Part shown: piece by piece, positions 11,575 to 23,779 of the stretch
Layout: the number at the start of each line of letters is the position of its first letter
How positions within the stretch are numbered: position 1 is the stretch's first letter
Origin: Octopus sinensis
Taxonomy: Eukaryota
Reading direction: 5' to 3'
DNA length: 64,000 nucleotides
Assembly: GCF_006345805.1 (NCBI RefSeq)
Contig: NC_043005.1
Span: 44,640,001-44,704,000 of the forward strand
Made by a program: the position numbers and the translations under genes
The notes under the pieces: generated by a model
Databases searched by the model: none
Seen by the model: only the letters and a program-made list of their open reading frames with translations
What the model was told of the DNA's origin: nothing

Positions 11575-12188
11575 CTTTTCTATTATAGGCACAAGGCCTG
11601 AAATTTGGTGTGTGTGTGGGGCGGGGGCTAGTTGATTACATCAACCCCAATGAGTAACTGATACTTTGAAAGGATAAAAGGCAAAGTTGACCTCAGTGGA
11701 AGTCAAACTCAGAATGTAAAACTGGAAGAAATGCCACTAAACATTTTGTCCAGCTTGCTAATGATAATAATAATGATAATTATGGTTTCAAACTTTGGCA
11801 CAAAGCCAATGAGTCCAAGGGAGGAAGTAAATCAATTACATTGGTCCCAGGACTCAACTGGTACTTATTTTATTGATCCTGAAAGGATAAAAGGCAAAGT
11901 CAACCTTGGCAGAACTTGAACTCAGGATGTAAAGGTGGATGAGATGCCACTAAACATTTTGCTGAGTATGCTAACAATTCTGACAGCTCACCTCCTTCTT
12001 AAGAATAATAATAATAATCCTTTCTATTAAAGGCACAAGGCCTGAAATTTGGAGCAGGGGTATAATTGATTACATCAACCTGAATACTCAACTGGTACTT
12101 ATTTTATTGATCATGAAAAGACAAAAGGCAACGTTGACCTTGGCAGAATTTGAGCTATACTGCTAAGCATATCATCGAGCATGCTAAC

Positions 12189-12190
<2 letters not shown>
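11575..12190 (-). mobile_element. Three head-to-tail SINE family C copies separated by (AAT)n
   Basis: ggcacaa.gcc...aaaggcaaagttgacct...gaactcag repeated at about 11575, 11790 and 12020. Confidence 0.8.
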
Positions 12191-12235
<45 letters not shown>

Positions 12236-13974
12236 TAATAACAACAACAACAACAAGATACTACAACTACAACATCAAAAAGCAATGGTAATTAGGTTTT
12301 CATTTGACCCAAGGATGATGACTGGGGTTTATCAAAAGATGGGTTGCAAATTAAATAGACCTTTAATGTTGTGTCGAAAAAAAACCCAAAGCCTGATGAA
12401 AATATATAATGTTTATGCCTCAAAATGTGGAAAATTGTTTAAAGCAAAATATAATGCCACAAAAATCTCTGTATTCCTTTTAACATTAAGACATGTGTAT
12501 TCCTTTTCTACTAGGAAATTACAAATGAAAATTTTGTTTGTAATCATTCAGTTATGATAGACTCAGTATTATACAAAACTTTCACAAAACCTGCAGGAAG
12601 GTAACACTTCAGTCTTCAATGCTCACTCTTGCATTCTACTGATGATTGAAACAATTGATAAGAGCATGGACGAAGAAGAAAGTATCTGTTCTCAGGTATT
12701 ACAGTCTTGTCCTCTGCACTAGCTTTTTTGTTATGGTCATCAAACAGAAGAACGTAAATCACTTGTCCTACCATAAACATTTTTGCCATGGAAAAATTTG
12801 CCACAAGAAATTTCACTGTAAAAGAGACTCAACTTAAGCAGGCTATAAACTGGGTTCTAATTAATTTTAAAGAAATTACCTTTCTCTAATTGGTCAGTTG
12901 ATGAAGTTGTTATGTTAAAAAAAACAGCTAATTTTTTTTTTTGCAATTTATTTTATTTTACAGTGAATTTTCCTACAGCAAAAATGTTTACATGGAATTT
13001 CCTATAATTGTCCTCACTAAACGAAGATGGCTGGATGATCTATACAATGGATTCAGCTGACAGCTGTATTCATTATGAATGTATGAACAGGTTTCCAGTA
13101 TAACACCAATTTACACTTGAATACTGAATCAGTGTTGGCAGAATGGTTTTCGTCTTCACTGCATCTCAGATAATCTCAGTTGACAGCACCACTATGACTT
13201 AAGAGTTCATCTCAAACTGATATCATTATGGCACTATGGCAACTAAGGAAGTTACTGTTAACACCTGAGCTGAAATTCCTATAGAAGAATCTATTCACAA
13301 AGTACTTGCTGGCATCCAAGGATTGTACCCAGACTATTGTTGCTCATACTGTCTGTTAACTCTCTGTAGAATGTTAGTGTGGATGTTCTATTGATAGCAT
13401 TACTCAACTGGCAAAATGCAATGAATAACTGACAACCTTCAAGTTACCAGAAGCCTAACATTAATCTGTGTTGTCCCAAGAGATCAGTGAGAAAGACAAG
13501 GTCAAGAGATCAGTAAGAAAGACAAGGTCAAGAGATCAGTCAAAGAGACGAGCTGGGGAAAGAAGAATCTCACAAACCATGATACTCCCCACCAGCTACA
13601 CTTGTTGATCATCATCATTCTCCAGGAATCTCTGCAAATGTAGCAGACTCAACAGATGTCAACACATTATCAACCATGGCATCTTATGTGGACAGTGAGA
13701 GCAAATGGGTCTCCTGACCAGTGGAATTTCTCCTTACTTTAACAAGAAGCAAAATAAAAGTATATATAAAGTATGTATGTATATATGTACATGCATAAGT
13801 ATACATGCATACATACATACATAAATACACACACTCACTCACACACATGCACACATACTCACACACACTTACACACATATGCACATGCACATGCACACGT
13901 GCATGCTTGAGTGTGCACACACACACACACCACACACCACACACACAAACAACAGACACACACATGCACACACA

Positions 13975-14200
13975 TATCATCATTATCCTCATCATCATCA
14001 GCAGCAGCATTTTACATCTGTTTTCCATGCTGGCATGGCTTGAATGGTTTGAAAGGAGCTAGCAGGCTGGAGAGCTGCACCAGGTATCGATTGTCTGTTT
14101 TGGTAAAATTCCTATGGCTGGATACCCTTCCTAATGCCAACCACTTTACAGAGTATACTGGATGGTTTTATGTGGCACCACCACAAGTGCTTTTTAAATG
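13975..14200 (-). mobile_element. RTE 3'-end copy
   Basis: (CAT)n + tttacatctgttttccatgctggcatgg...ctggatacccttcctaatgccaaccactttacagagt. Confidence 0.75.
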
Positions 14201-14251
14201 GCACCAGTATTCATATATATATATATGTATATATATATAGTATATATATGC

Positions 14252-14296
<45 letters not shown>

Positions 14297-14307
14297 CATA
14301 TATATAC

Positions 14308-14341
<34 letters not shown>

Positions 14342-14351
14342 ATATATATAT

Positions 14352-14557
14352 TCGTCTGGCACCTGTGTCGGTGGCACATAAAATCACCCACTACACTCTC
14401 GGAGTGGTTGGCGTTAGGAAGGGCATCCAGCTGTAGAAACACTGCCAGATCTGACTGGCCTGGTGCAGCCTTCAGGCTTCCCAGACCCCAGTTGAACCGT
14501 CCAACCCATGCTAGCATGGAAAGCGGACGTTAAACGATGATGATGATGATGATGATG
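14352..14557 (+). mobile_element. RTE 3'-end copy, young, with (GAT)n tail
   Basis: cacccactacactctcggagtggttggcgttaggaagggcatccagctg...ggacgttaaacgatgatgat. Confidence 0.9.
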
Positions 14558-15689
14558 ATATATATATATATATATATAAGTACATTATGTGTGTGTATTG
14601 TTAAAGATATGGCCATTCTGAGGTCTTGTCAGCAGAAAAATGGAAATATAAATATATCTTAATGTCTAAGTTGGTTTCAGAGCAAGATTAAATGTTTCTG
14701 CAATATTTCCTGAATTCTGTTTATGTATTGGATAAACTGTCATTTTGTAGCATTTGGGTCAAAGAGAAATCAGATTAAACAATCTATTGACAATCTCAAA
14801 AAATATGATATAAAGCAAAGCTGTATAAAATGAAAAAAGAATCACACCAGTGACATTTCAACAGTGAATGAGCCTTTCAAATCAATCAAGAAAACAAACT
14901 GTTTTTTTCAATGATTTGAATAATTTTTAACATGTCAGCATATTGGAATAATATTGGATTTTGCAGCTCTTAAGCTAGCATATACAGAACATATTTGAAT
15001 AGAAATAATGGCTACCTATTTTGTCTTTCAGTCTGAGAGTACTGGATTTTGTTTCTTTATTCATTAGTGGAATGAATAAAGATGTTGTTACCGCTGATTA
15101 GCCCTCAGTTCAATTTGATTTCAATAGACCTTTGATCAAAGCATTTTAGCTGTGACCATCAGGTTTTCTATTCTGATATAGTGTAATCATAAAATCAAAT
15201 TACACTGTGTAACACGATTTTTTTGTTCTTAGGTAACAGCTGTTATTTCCTATTTATTTACCCCTTGAAAGTATGAAAAATGGCTAATATTTCCTTCAAA
15301 CTTTGCTTTTGTTACATTTATTCAAACCCCATAGAATCTCTCTCAATACACGGCTATGATGTTCCCCCACTACTCCTGCTCATGATCAGAGATGTACATA
15401 TTGTCAGCCACTGAGGGACATGCTCAAGTGGTTAAGGTCAAGCAACTGACTAGCAAATCTGTGGTATGGAGCAGAATATTTGCTATAACGATATTTCTGC
15501 TTTGGCAACTTAGCACTCAGTCTGTCTGAAATGTAATGGAAAATTGGTCAGTTTCAAAATATTGATGTCCAGATTGCAACAAAAGCAAAGTTTGAAGGGA
15601 ATAAACAGAAGCAAATCGGAAATAACACTTACTGACCAAAGACAAAAAATAAATTAAAATTAAAATTTTGTTACACACCGGATAATTAT

Positions 15690-15848
15690 CATTCTGCCCT
15701 TCCTTTATTTTAAAACCTGGTACTTATTCTATCACTCTCTGTTACTAGTTAAGTTATGAAGGACATAAACAAACCGACATCAGTTGTCAAATGGTGGTGG
15801 GTCAAATATATACACAAAGCCACACACACCTAAATATACAAACATATA
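15690..15848 (-). mobile_element. SINE family B 3' part (interrupted by the maT element)
   Basis: ggtacttattctatc..taagtta..acataaacaaacc.acatcagttgtcaa; the head continues at 16683. Confidence 0.6.
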
Positions 15849-16682
15849 CAGGATGTGATGGGTAAATTGTTGTCATTTTATATTCTCAATTTCGTGCATG
15901 CACATTGTTTGTCTTTGATTTTGTTGACTACACAGTATAGTAGGGTCAGTTGGGCACCATCTGTGAGAAAAACAGCACTATGATACAATTCCACAAATTT
16001 GGTAACTACACACTGTACTGCTTGGCATTCATGCTGGAAGCTTCAATATGGACATTTCAGAGAGTTTGAGTGTCAATCTGAGGACATGCATAGAGTGATA
16101 ACAATCAAAATCCAGTCAACATCATGGTGTTTGGAGTGATCACTTCAGATTTAACATGGAGGCCAACATCAAGTACATGAAGGAAGTAGTGCTGCCCTGG
16201 ATCAACAGAATGGCTGCTGGAAGACACAATGTCTGGCAACAGGACTCTGCACCATGCTGCACAAGCAGGAGAACCCAGTCATGGCTGTCAGACAATTTCT
16301 GCAACCACATCACCATTAACATCTGGCTGCCTAATTCCCCAGACTGCAACCCCCTTGATTATTATGTATGGGGTGCAGTAGAGTGAAAGACCAACAAAAC
16401 TCCTTGTAACACCAAAGATGAACTGAAGGCAAGGATTATGGCAGCATTTACCAACTTAAGCAAGGAGCTGTCCAGAAGATTCTAAAGTCGTCTGGAGGCC
16501 ATGGTTGAAGTCAATGGGGATTTTATAGAATAAATTTATTCTTTATTATTTCAAGATATTTTTATATAATTTTGGTAAATATGATAAATATTGGTAAATA
16601 TGGTAAATATTTTGGTAAAAATGATATGTCACTGTTATTTTCATTTTTGCATAATTTAGATGACAGTTTATTCACCACACCT
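15849..16682 (+). mobile_element. maT/DD37D transposon derivative
   Basis: TA + CAGGATGTGATGGGTAAATT left TIR and partial right TIR; ORF 16156..16386 WQQDSAPC...WLPNSPDCNPLDYYVWG, with 37 residues between the 2nd and 3rd catalytic Asp. Confidence 0.88.
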
Positions 16683-16800
16683 TTGGTTTGTCTGAGGCTA
16701 TAGTGGAATACACTTGCCCAAGGTGCCATGCATTGGGAGTGAACCCAGAACCATATGGTTGGGAAGTAAACTTCTTATCACACAGCCATGCCATATATTT
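16683..16800 (-). mobile_element. SINE family B head
   Basis: gaggctatagtggaatacacttgcccaaggtgccatgc...gaacccagaacc..cacacagccatgcc. Confidence 0.75.
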
Positions 16801-16809
16801 TATGCTTTG

Positions 16810-16841
<32 letters not shown>

Positions 16842-17139
16842 ATTTGCGCATGCGTGTGTGTGTGTGCGTGCACGCATGTGTGTGTGTATGTGTGTGTGTA
16901 TGTGCGTGTGTATTTGTGAAAGTAGTGAGAATAACCAATTTAATATTCTGAATAGGTTGTCACTTTTTTAATGAGAGACTAATAGTCTAAGGACAACTTG
17001 TCAATTCTTTATCAGATTTTGTATTATATTTTGATTACTTTTATTTGATTTTTTTTTAATACTTTAATTTTGTTTACTGCTGTCCCAGAGAGAACTTACA
17101 ATGAGTTTAGTTGTCTTTTTTCCTTGATTTATACACCTT

Positions 17140-17415
17140 ATACATGCATTCCCAGACTAGGCTGTGTGTTGTGTTCTTGAGCAAGACACTTCATTTCAAA
17201 TTACTCTACTCACTCAACAGTAGAAATAAGTTCTCAAGTCACTGGTACCAAGCTGTATCAACTTGGTTAACAATGGTGGTGAGGAGAGGAGAGGCTAGTA
17301 TTCATGGGTGACTGCTGGTCTTCAATAAAAAACCTTGCCTGGACTTTTACCTTAGACAGTAACTTTCAAGGTGCAATACCATGGTCATTCATGACCAAAG
17401 AGGGTCTTAACCTTT
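17140..17415 (+). mobile_element. Degenerate SINE-like repeat (family related to 20735-20945)
   Basis: gtgttgtgttcttgagcaagacacttcatttca core shared (rc) with 20880-20910. Confidence 0.5.
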
Positions 17416-18284
17416 TTTTTTCTTTTTCACCTTATACATGCATGTGGTGAATGTCAAAGACTAAAAATTTGTTCATGCCATATTTACATGATATATTAGA
17501 TTAAAGTACTGATATTTTTTGTAAAAATTTGTTTGAATAATATAGATATATTTGAAATAATTCCATTTTGAAATGATACATATACTTAATGAGAGCATTT
17601 TATAAATTAGTATATTTAAACTAAGACAGACCAGAGAAATTATATATTTCACTTGAAGTCAAATGAGAATAAACTGATAGCGAATCAGTGCCAAAATATA
17701 AATGATATACCTGAATTATGAGGCAATCAAGTGACTTCTAATTAAAGTAATGATTTTCTTTTGATTAGGCACCAAGTCACCTCCGCAAAATTAGAAAATT
17801 AATAGAATCAAACATAGTATGTTACAGATGCTTATTTAATTGACTTAGTAGAACTGACAAATAAAGTCAAATCTGATTGGATTCACAATTTAGAACCAGC
17901 AATGAATCAAATGCCATAAAATATCAGAGCTAATTAAAACTGTTACTAAATGTTTTAATTTCTGAACCTACTTATTTTTGATATTGAAATCAGATGTTAT
18001 GAAATGTAAAGACCTATAATATAAGTTATGATGTAAATCTTAACTTCAGAATAAGATTGAGGATATAATTTATTATATACAACATTTATATTATTCATTA
18101 TACAATTGATTGATGTACTGTCGAATGAATTCAAGGATATAATCTATTATAAATACAACATTCATATTATTTATATTCTCCATAAGACAATTAATTGATA
18201 AATTACTTATTCAGTAGAACCTGTAGTAGAATTAAACAAAAATTCTAGACATGGAAGCAAAACCTAGAATCAAGAGAACTCACA

Positions 18285-18510
18285 CAACCTCAGAAAAAAC
18301 TGAAGTATTGGTATGTAAGAAAGTAGATATGACCTTGTTATAATTAGAGAAAAGGCTTTGCTTGATATGCAGAAAAGAGAAAGGCAGGAATTCAATATGG
18401 TGTACCAAGCTTAAACTATGAATGCGCATGAAGTGTAATGCAATTAGAGGACAAATAGAATAAGCAGACTTTGTATAGGGCAGATGCACAGGTTTATAAA
18501 AGCTAATGGC
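18285..18510 (+). mobile_element. Old RTE LINE fragment (Cys-rich RT insertion region)
   Basis: KTEVLVCKKVD...CLICRKEKGRNSIWCTKLKL..HMKCNAIRG, homologous to 2502..3308. Confidence 0.7.
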
Positions 18511-18889
18511 ATATGAGAAATAGATTTTCTCAAATGCCCAGAAGCAAAGATTTATCTAAATTTTTAAAAGTTGCGCATTCATCTAATATTACTCTAAGCA
18601 ATGTAGATTATAATTAACATCCTGATCTTTCATGTCTAATTCACATAAAGAAACACTCATATCTACTGATAACACAATACCTACCTTTTATGACAAATTT
18701 ATTTGCTTGTTACTTCTGTTAAGTTCCTTACTTCTCAGAGAGAACAAAATTTCTAAATATTTCTCCTCAGAAGCTGTAAAAGCAAGCAGTGACATAGAAA
18801 GAGCTATTAGAGAGTCTGTTATGACTGAAGATATAGGATTTACCGTCAAAAGGGAAGTGTTAGAAACTGCCATTAGGTCTATTATTGTC

Positions 18890-19260
18890 ATATTATTATT
18901 ATATCTGTAGTCAATCACGGTGACTATGTCTGTTTATGGCTTTGGCATGACTAGATAAGTTTTCTCCATACTGGTCAGTTTTTTGCTTTGGTTTGCTGTT
19001 TATTATGGTCAATTCCTTTCCACTTCATGTTCCTTTTTGCGGTATCTTTGAATCTCAGTCTAAGTATTCCATGCTTTCTTTTCCCCATGTATAACTGGGA
19101 GTAAAAGATTTGCCTGGGGAGTCTGCTGGTGCCCCAACCAACATAAATTTCTATCAATGAGGATTTCTATCATAGGAGACAAACCAGAATTCTGTAGGAT
19201 CTTTTCATTCTTGATCTTGCCACAGAGAGTAATATCCATAATTGGAACTACACTTAACCA
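18890..19260 (-). mobile_element. RTE (BovB-like) LINE 3' fragment
   Basis: ORF 18975..19157 RLPRQIFYSQLYMGKRKHGILRLRFKDTAKRNMK matches the RTE C-terminal R.PK.I.Y.EL..GKR..G.P..RFKD motif; short (AAT)-like tail near 18895. Confidence 0.7.
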
Positions 19261-19434
19261 AAATGGTATGGCAGTTCATTTTTTTTTATTTAGTACCTGA
19301 ATTTCTACCCTGAAAAGTCATTGCACAGTAGAAAAAGACACTTATAAAATAGTAGAGCCAATCAAAAAGGAGTGTCTCTTTCTTATATACAGATGACTCA
19401 GCCCAGTGACTGATGAGAAATCTGAAGTTTATAT

Positions 19435-19975
19435 TCTTTTATTCTTTTATTTGTTTCAGTCATTTGACTGCAGCCATGCTGGAGCATTGCCTTAAAAGGT
19501 TTTTAATCAAAGAAATTGATCCCAGAATTTATTCTTTGTAAGTCTAGTACTTATTCTATTGGTCTCTTTTGCTGAACCACTAAGTTATGAGAATATAAAC
19601 ACACCAACATCAGTTGTCAAGTGATGGTGGGGGAATAAACATAGACACAAAGACACACTCATATAACTATATACGTATACACAAAGACACACACACACAA
19701 AGACACACACACACATATTTATATATATATATATATATATATCAATGGCAGTGCTCCAGCATGGCCACAGTCATTTGACTGAAACATATAAAAGAATAAA
19801 ATAATATGACAGGCTTCTTTCAGTTTCTGTCTACCAAATCCCGTCACTCTCAAGGTTTTGTTCAGCCCAAAGCTACAGTGGAAGACACTAGCCCAAGGTG
19901 CCATGCAATGGGGCTGAACCCAGAACCATGTGATTGGGAAGCAAATTTCTTACCACACAGCCAAAACCTGCTCCT
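19435..19975 (-). mobile_element. SINE family B, near full length with expanded internal microsatellite
   Basis: Both halves homologous to 34728-35148. Confidence 0.8.
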
Positions 19976-20734
19976 GTATGTTTGTTAAATGTATGAAAAT
20001 AAGATTAAAAATGAGAAAATATGCTGTTGATTAAAACTCATGCTCTTCTGTTATGAAATCATACATCATTCTTGGTCTTCTAATGATGCCACAGAAATCC
20101 ACACATATCCTTAGCTTCGTTGATGGATTTTGTTTGTCTGCAAAATCTTCCATATTTGATGGATGACATTAAACACGTTATTTCTGGACACAACTGTTGT
20201 CGAAACTTAACTTCACAATTCAAAACAATATTGACACATCAGATTTATGCATTCATCCCTTCAAATAAACATTGATTTTTACGGATTTGTTAACTGTTAA
20301 TGTCAAAAATTGTTGTTTTGATTAGGCACCAAGTCACCTCTGTAAAATTAGAAAATTAATAGAATCAAACACAGTATATTACAGATGCTTATTTAATTGA
20401 CTTAGGAGAACTGACAAATAAATTCAAATCTGATTGGATCCAAATTTTTGAACCATCAATGAATCAATAGCTGTTGGTGAATGTTCTAGTTTTCTGCAAC
20501 ACATTTCTTTATCAGCTGCCATTTCTTGTTTGTCTACATTGTTTTAATTTGCAGTTTACCTGTTTATGTCCATATAGATCATGGAACCATCTTCAAGTCT
20601 TCTGAACAGAGGCCTCTCTTGCATGATGAGAGAATTTCCTCTAGTCATTCAAGCCTGTACCACCCTCCTAGAAATGGATCATGTGAGCAATATCTTGGTA
20701 TCATCAGTTAAACCATAAACACTAGCTCTAAATA

Positions 20735-20945
20735 AAATAAATAAATGTGCCCTTTTAAAGCCTAGCCAGGCTCATGGGCCCAGTTTCCTGGTTTCTATGG
20801 CATATGTGTTCCACAGCTGGACGGAACACCAGTCCATCGTGGCGCTAATCATTTTTGCCAGCTGAGTGGACTGGAGCAATGTGAAATGAAGTGTTTTGCT
20901 CAAGAACACAATGCGTTGCCCAGTCCAGGTATCAAAACCATTCCC
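20735..20945 (-). mobile_element. SINE family D fragment
   Basis: Shares gatggac..g..ccgtccag..gg.aac..atacgcca.gaaac central block and 3' part with 35892-36197. Confidence 0.65.
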
Positions 20946-21899
20946 CATTAGTAGAATTGCTTTGCCCTTGTGTCAAGGGATAAGATGAATGCCAAAAAAC
21001 ATTAGCTCTAGACTTTAAAATCTACCTATCCACATATAGTAATCTATTCTACATAATGTCTTAATTTTTGTACGATTTTCATTGTGTACAACCACAAACT
21101 CAGCACAGTTTGCATGTCCAAATGCTTTTCAGTCTTTTCAAAATATTGTTGCTGAATTAAACGCAACAACCTGACTTCCTTCATATGGAAATGTTATGCT
21201 GAAAAGATACATCCATAATAAGGACAAGCTTTTAGTTCACGGATCAAATTCCCAGTATGTTCAGGATCACTTTACCCTTAACTGAGAATATACAATAACA
21301 GTTAGGGACTTAATCTCCATCAAGAGATATCCCTGGTAAGGCTGAAATAAGGTATGATAAAAATTGCCTTGATTGTCTAACCTGACTTTTGATAAAACAC
21401 TTGCACTGCAATGAGATTAAACTGGAAATTTATGAACTATGTAGAGACTATGTTACTTGGTTCTACAAGCATTAAATGGCCTATTGAAAGATATGGATAC
21501 AGCTGAATATTTTATATTATATGATTATACTTTAAAAAAACAGAAATTTCGAGTAATTGTTCTGATAGTATTGTATGTTTGTAGTTCTAGAGTTGAATGT
21601 AATAATTTTATGTAGATATGCTGTATTTTAATAATAACAATGATTGAATCTCCACCACATGCTTCAACTAAGTAAATGTTTCTATTACTATAAATATTAT
21701 TGTAAACTACTATCTCTACCAGTCTGCTGGTAGAAATTTTAGTGAATTAAAGCCTGATTTAAATTGACTTTCATCTTAGGTTAATGAAATAGAAATACAG
21801 TTCACACATACAAAAAAATAGTAACTTAATAATATAAATGATGATAGTGATGAGGATGATGAATAACATACAATTATCTTTCTTTCTTTCTCTTCCTCT

Positions 21900-21954
<55 letters not shown>

Positions 21955-22544
21955 ATATATCTATATATATATATATTAGGTAAAAGATATGACAGAAATA
22001 TAAAAATTCAGAACTTCTGTAATATATATGTTGAAATACTTCCTCAAAATTTATTGGTATTTGTATAAAACAGAATTTAAATTGGTGGAATTATATGAAT
22101 TATTCTTTTATTCCTTTTTGGTCTAAATTGCAAAATTTGTCAGATAGTTTTCATTGGAGTGTAACTTATTTAGTTAAAAAGTTATCAATTTTAGAGAGAT
22201 TTTAATAAGTTTATCTTTTTTTATCAGAGTAAATTTATTTTGATTAAAATTTGTAGTAATATTTTGAGATGAAATATGTGCACAGCCTGTGGCTCTTCTG
22301 GCTGAGAGATGTGTCAGAGAAATTGCAGTGGAAAACTACATAAAATAGATTTATAGAGTCAGACAAAGGAAACGTTTTCAATTTGAAATCCAAGTTTGAT
22401 TTAGATTCCCTTGGAATACCATCTTTTCCTTCAATAATTACAAAGTGCATTCCAGAGGTTTTGAGACTTTTCCAGGAGAGACAGTTAATAATTCTAAAGG
22501 AGTACAAAACTCTAAACTCCTTCAAAGTAAGATCCTCTGACATC

Positions 22545-22830
22545 AATTCACTAGTTGCAGCACTCCAGACACTTTGTGAAGACCCCATTGAAGCCCTCCA
22601 AAGTGAAGATGTGCAGGTCCCTTGTCACAGCATCCTTCATCTTCTCCATCAGCTTGAGGAACAAATAAAAGTCACAGGGATCATGGTCTGGATTGTAGGG
22701 AGGATGAGGGATAGTTTTGATGCTCATCTCTGTCAAGTAGTTGGTTAGGAATCTTTTCCTAAACTGCCTCAAAAACTATACAAAGTACTGTTTGTTGACT
22801 GTCTGGCCTTGATGGATTCTCAGAAATCCT
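22545..22830 (-). mobile_element. Mariner (DD34D-type) transposase fragment
   Basis: GQTVNKQYF..FLRQFRKRF...IPHPPYNPDHDPCDFYLF (ORF 22551..22772). Confidence 0.75.
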
Positions 22831-22944
22831 TCTCAAATCATGCAACTGAACTTTTGCAAAACTGTTCCAACTTCTTTTTCAGAGCTTCCTTGTAAGTGGT
22901 AAGCTTCCAGGCAAATTGAAGGAGTGAGTGATATGTTCTGTTAA

Positions 22945-23651
22945 TAAATGAAAAGGTTTCTTTGTTTCTGTCAGGATCAGATGGTGAATACACAGAACGA
23001 CCGTTGGCTTGCCATGTTCCCAAAACATGTACTGAGAGTGATAGAAATCAAACATCCAGTCAGTATCATGGTGTTTGGAATGATCACTAGTAATGGCAAC
23101 GTTATGCCTCCATTTATCATTCCACATGGCCTCAGGCTCAACAGGGAGGACTACATCAAGTTCCTGGAGGAGGTAATGCTGCCCTGAGTCAAGAGAAAGG
23201 CTACTGGAAGTCCCTATGTCTGGCAACATGACTCTGCACCATGCCACACAAGCAGGAGAACCCAGTTGTAGCTGTCAGACAATTTCTGCGATCACATCAC
23301 ACCTAACATCTGGTCACCTAACTCACCAAACTGCAACCCCCTCGATTATTATGTATAGGGTGCAGTTGAGTGAGATTCCAACAAAACTCCTTGTAACACC
23401 AAAAATGAACTGAAGGCAAGGATTATGGCAGCATTCACCAATGTAAATGAGGAGACCATCTAGAAGAGTTGCAGGAGATTCTGAAGTCGTCTGGAGGCCA
23501 TGGTTGAAGCCAGTGGCGATTTTGTTGAATAAATTTACTCTTTAGTTTCCAAGATATTTTTATGTAATTTTGGTAAATATATCTGTTAAAATGAGATGTC
23601 AGTGTTATTTTCATTTTTGTGTAATTTAGACATTTTATTTACCGCATTCTG
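22945..23651 (+). mobile_element. maT/DD37D transposon fragment with right TIR; same family as 15849-16682
   Basis: FCQDQMVNTQNDRWLA..KHPVSIMVFGMITSNGNVMPPFI..HGLRLN..YIKFLEEV, then WQHDSAPCHTS...NCNPLDYY; ends ...accgcattctg|TA. Confidence 0.85.
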
Positions 23652-23779
23652 TATATGATCACACCTGACTGAAATTTGGTGACTACTGCCAAAAATACTT
23701 ACTTGCCAGTTGCAAACGTCACCTGTTTCATTCTGTGGTCACATAACCTTGAGCAACTCTTAGAATTTAAAAACTTAAT

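Noticed and set aside
12636-12660. CTGATGA-TT-GAAAC hammerhead-like string
   Set aside because: No stem II and no stem I; chance match.
12616-12816. Minus-strand exon (acceptor gtctcttttacag, ORF KFLVANFSMAK...)
   Set aside because: It overlaps a sub-repeat motif that recurs inverted at about 12960, and the peptide is unrecognisable; more likely TE debris.
17760-20467. LTR retrotransposon bounded by the 150-bp direct repeats
   Set aside because: No TG...CA termini, PBS, PPT or gag/pol remnants between them.
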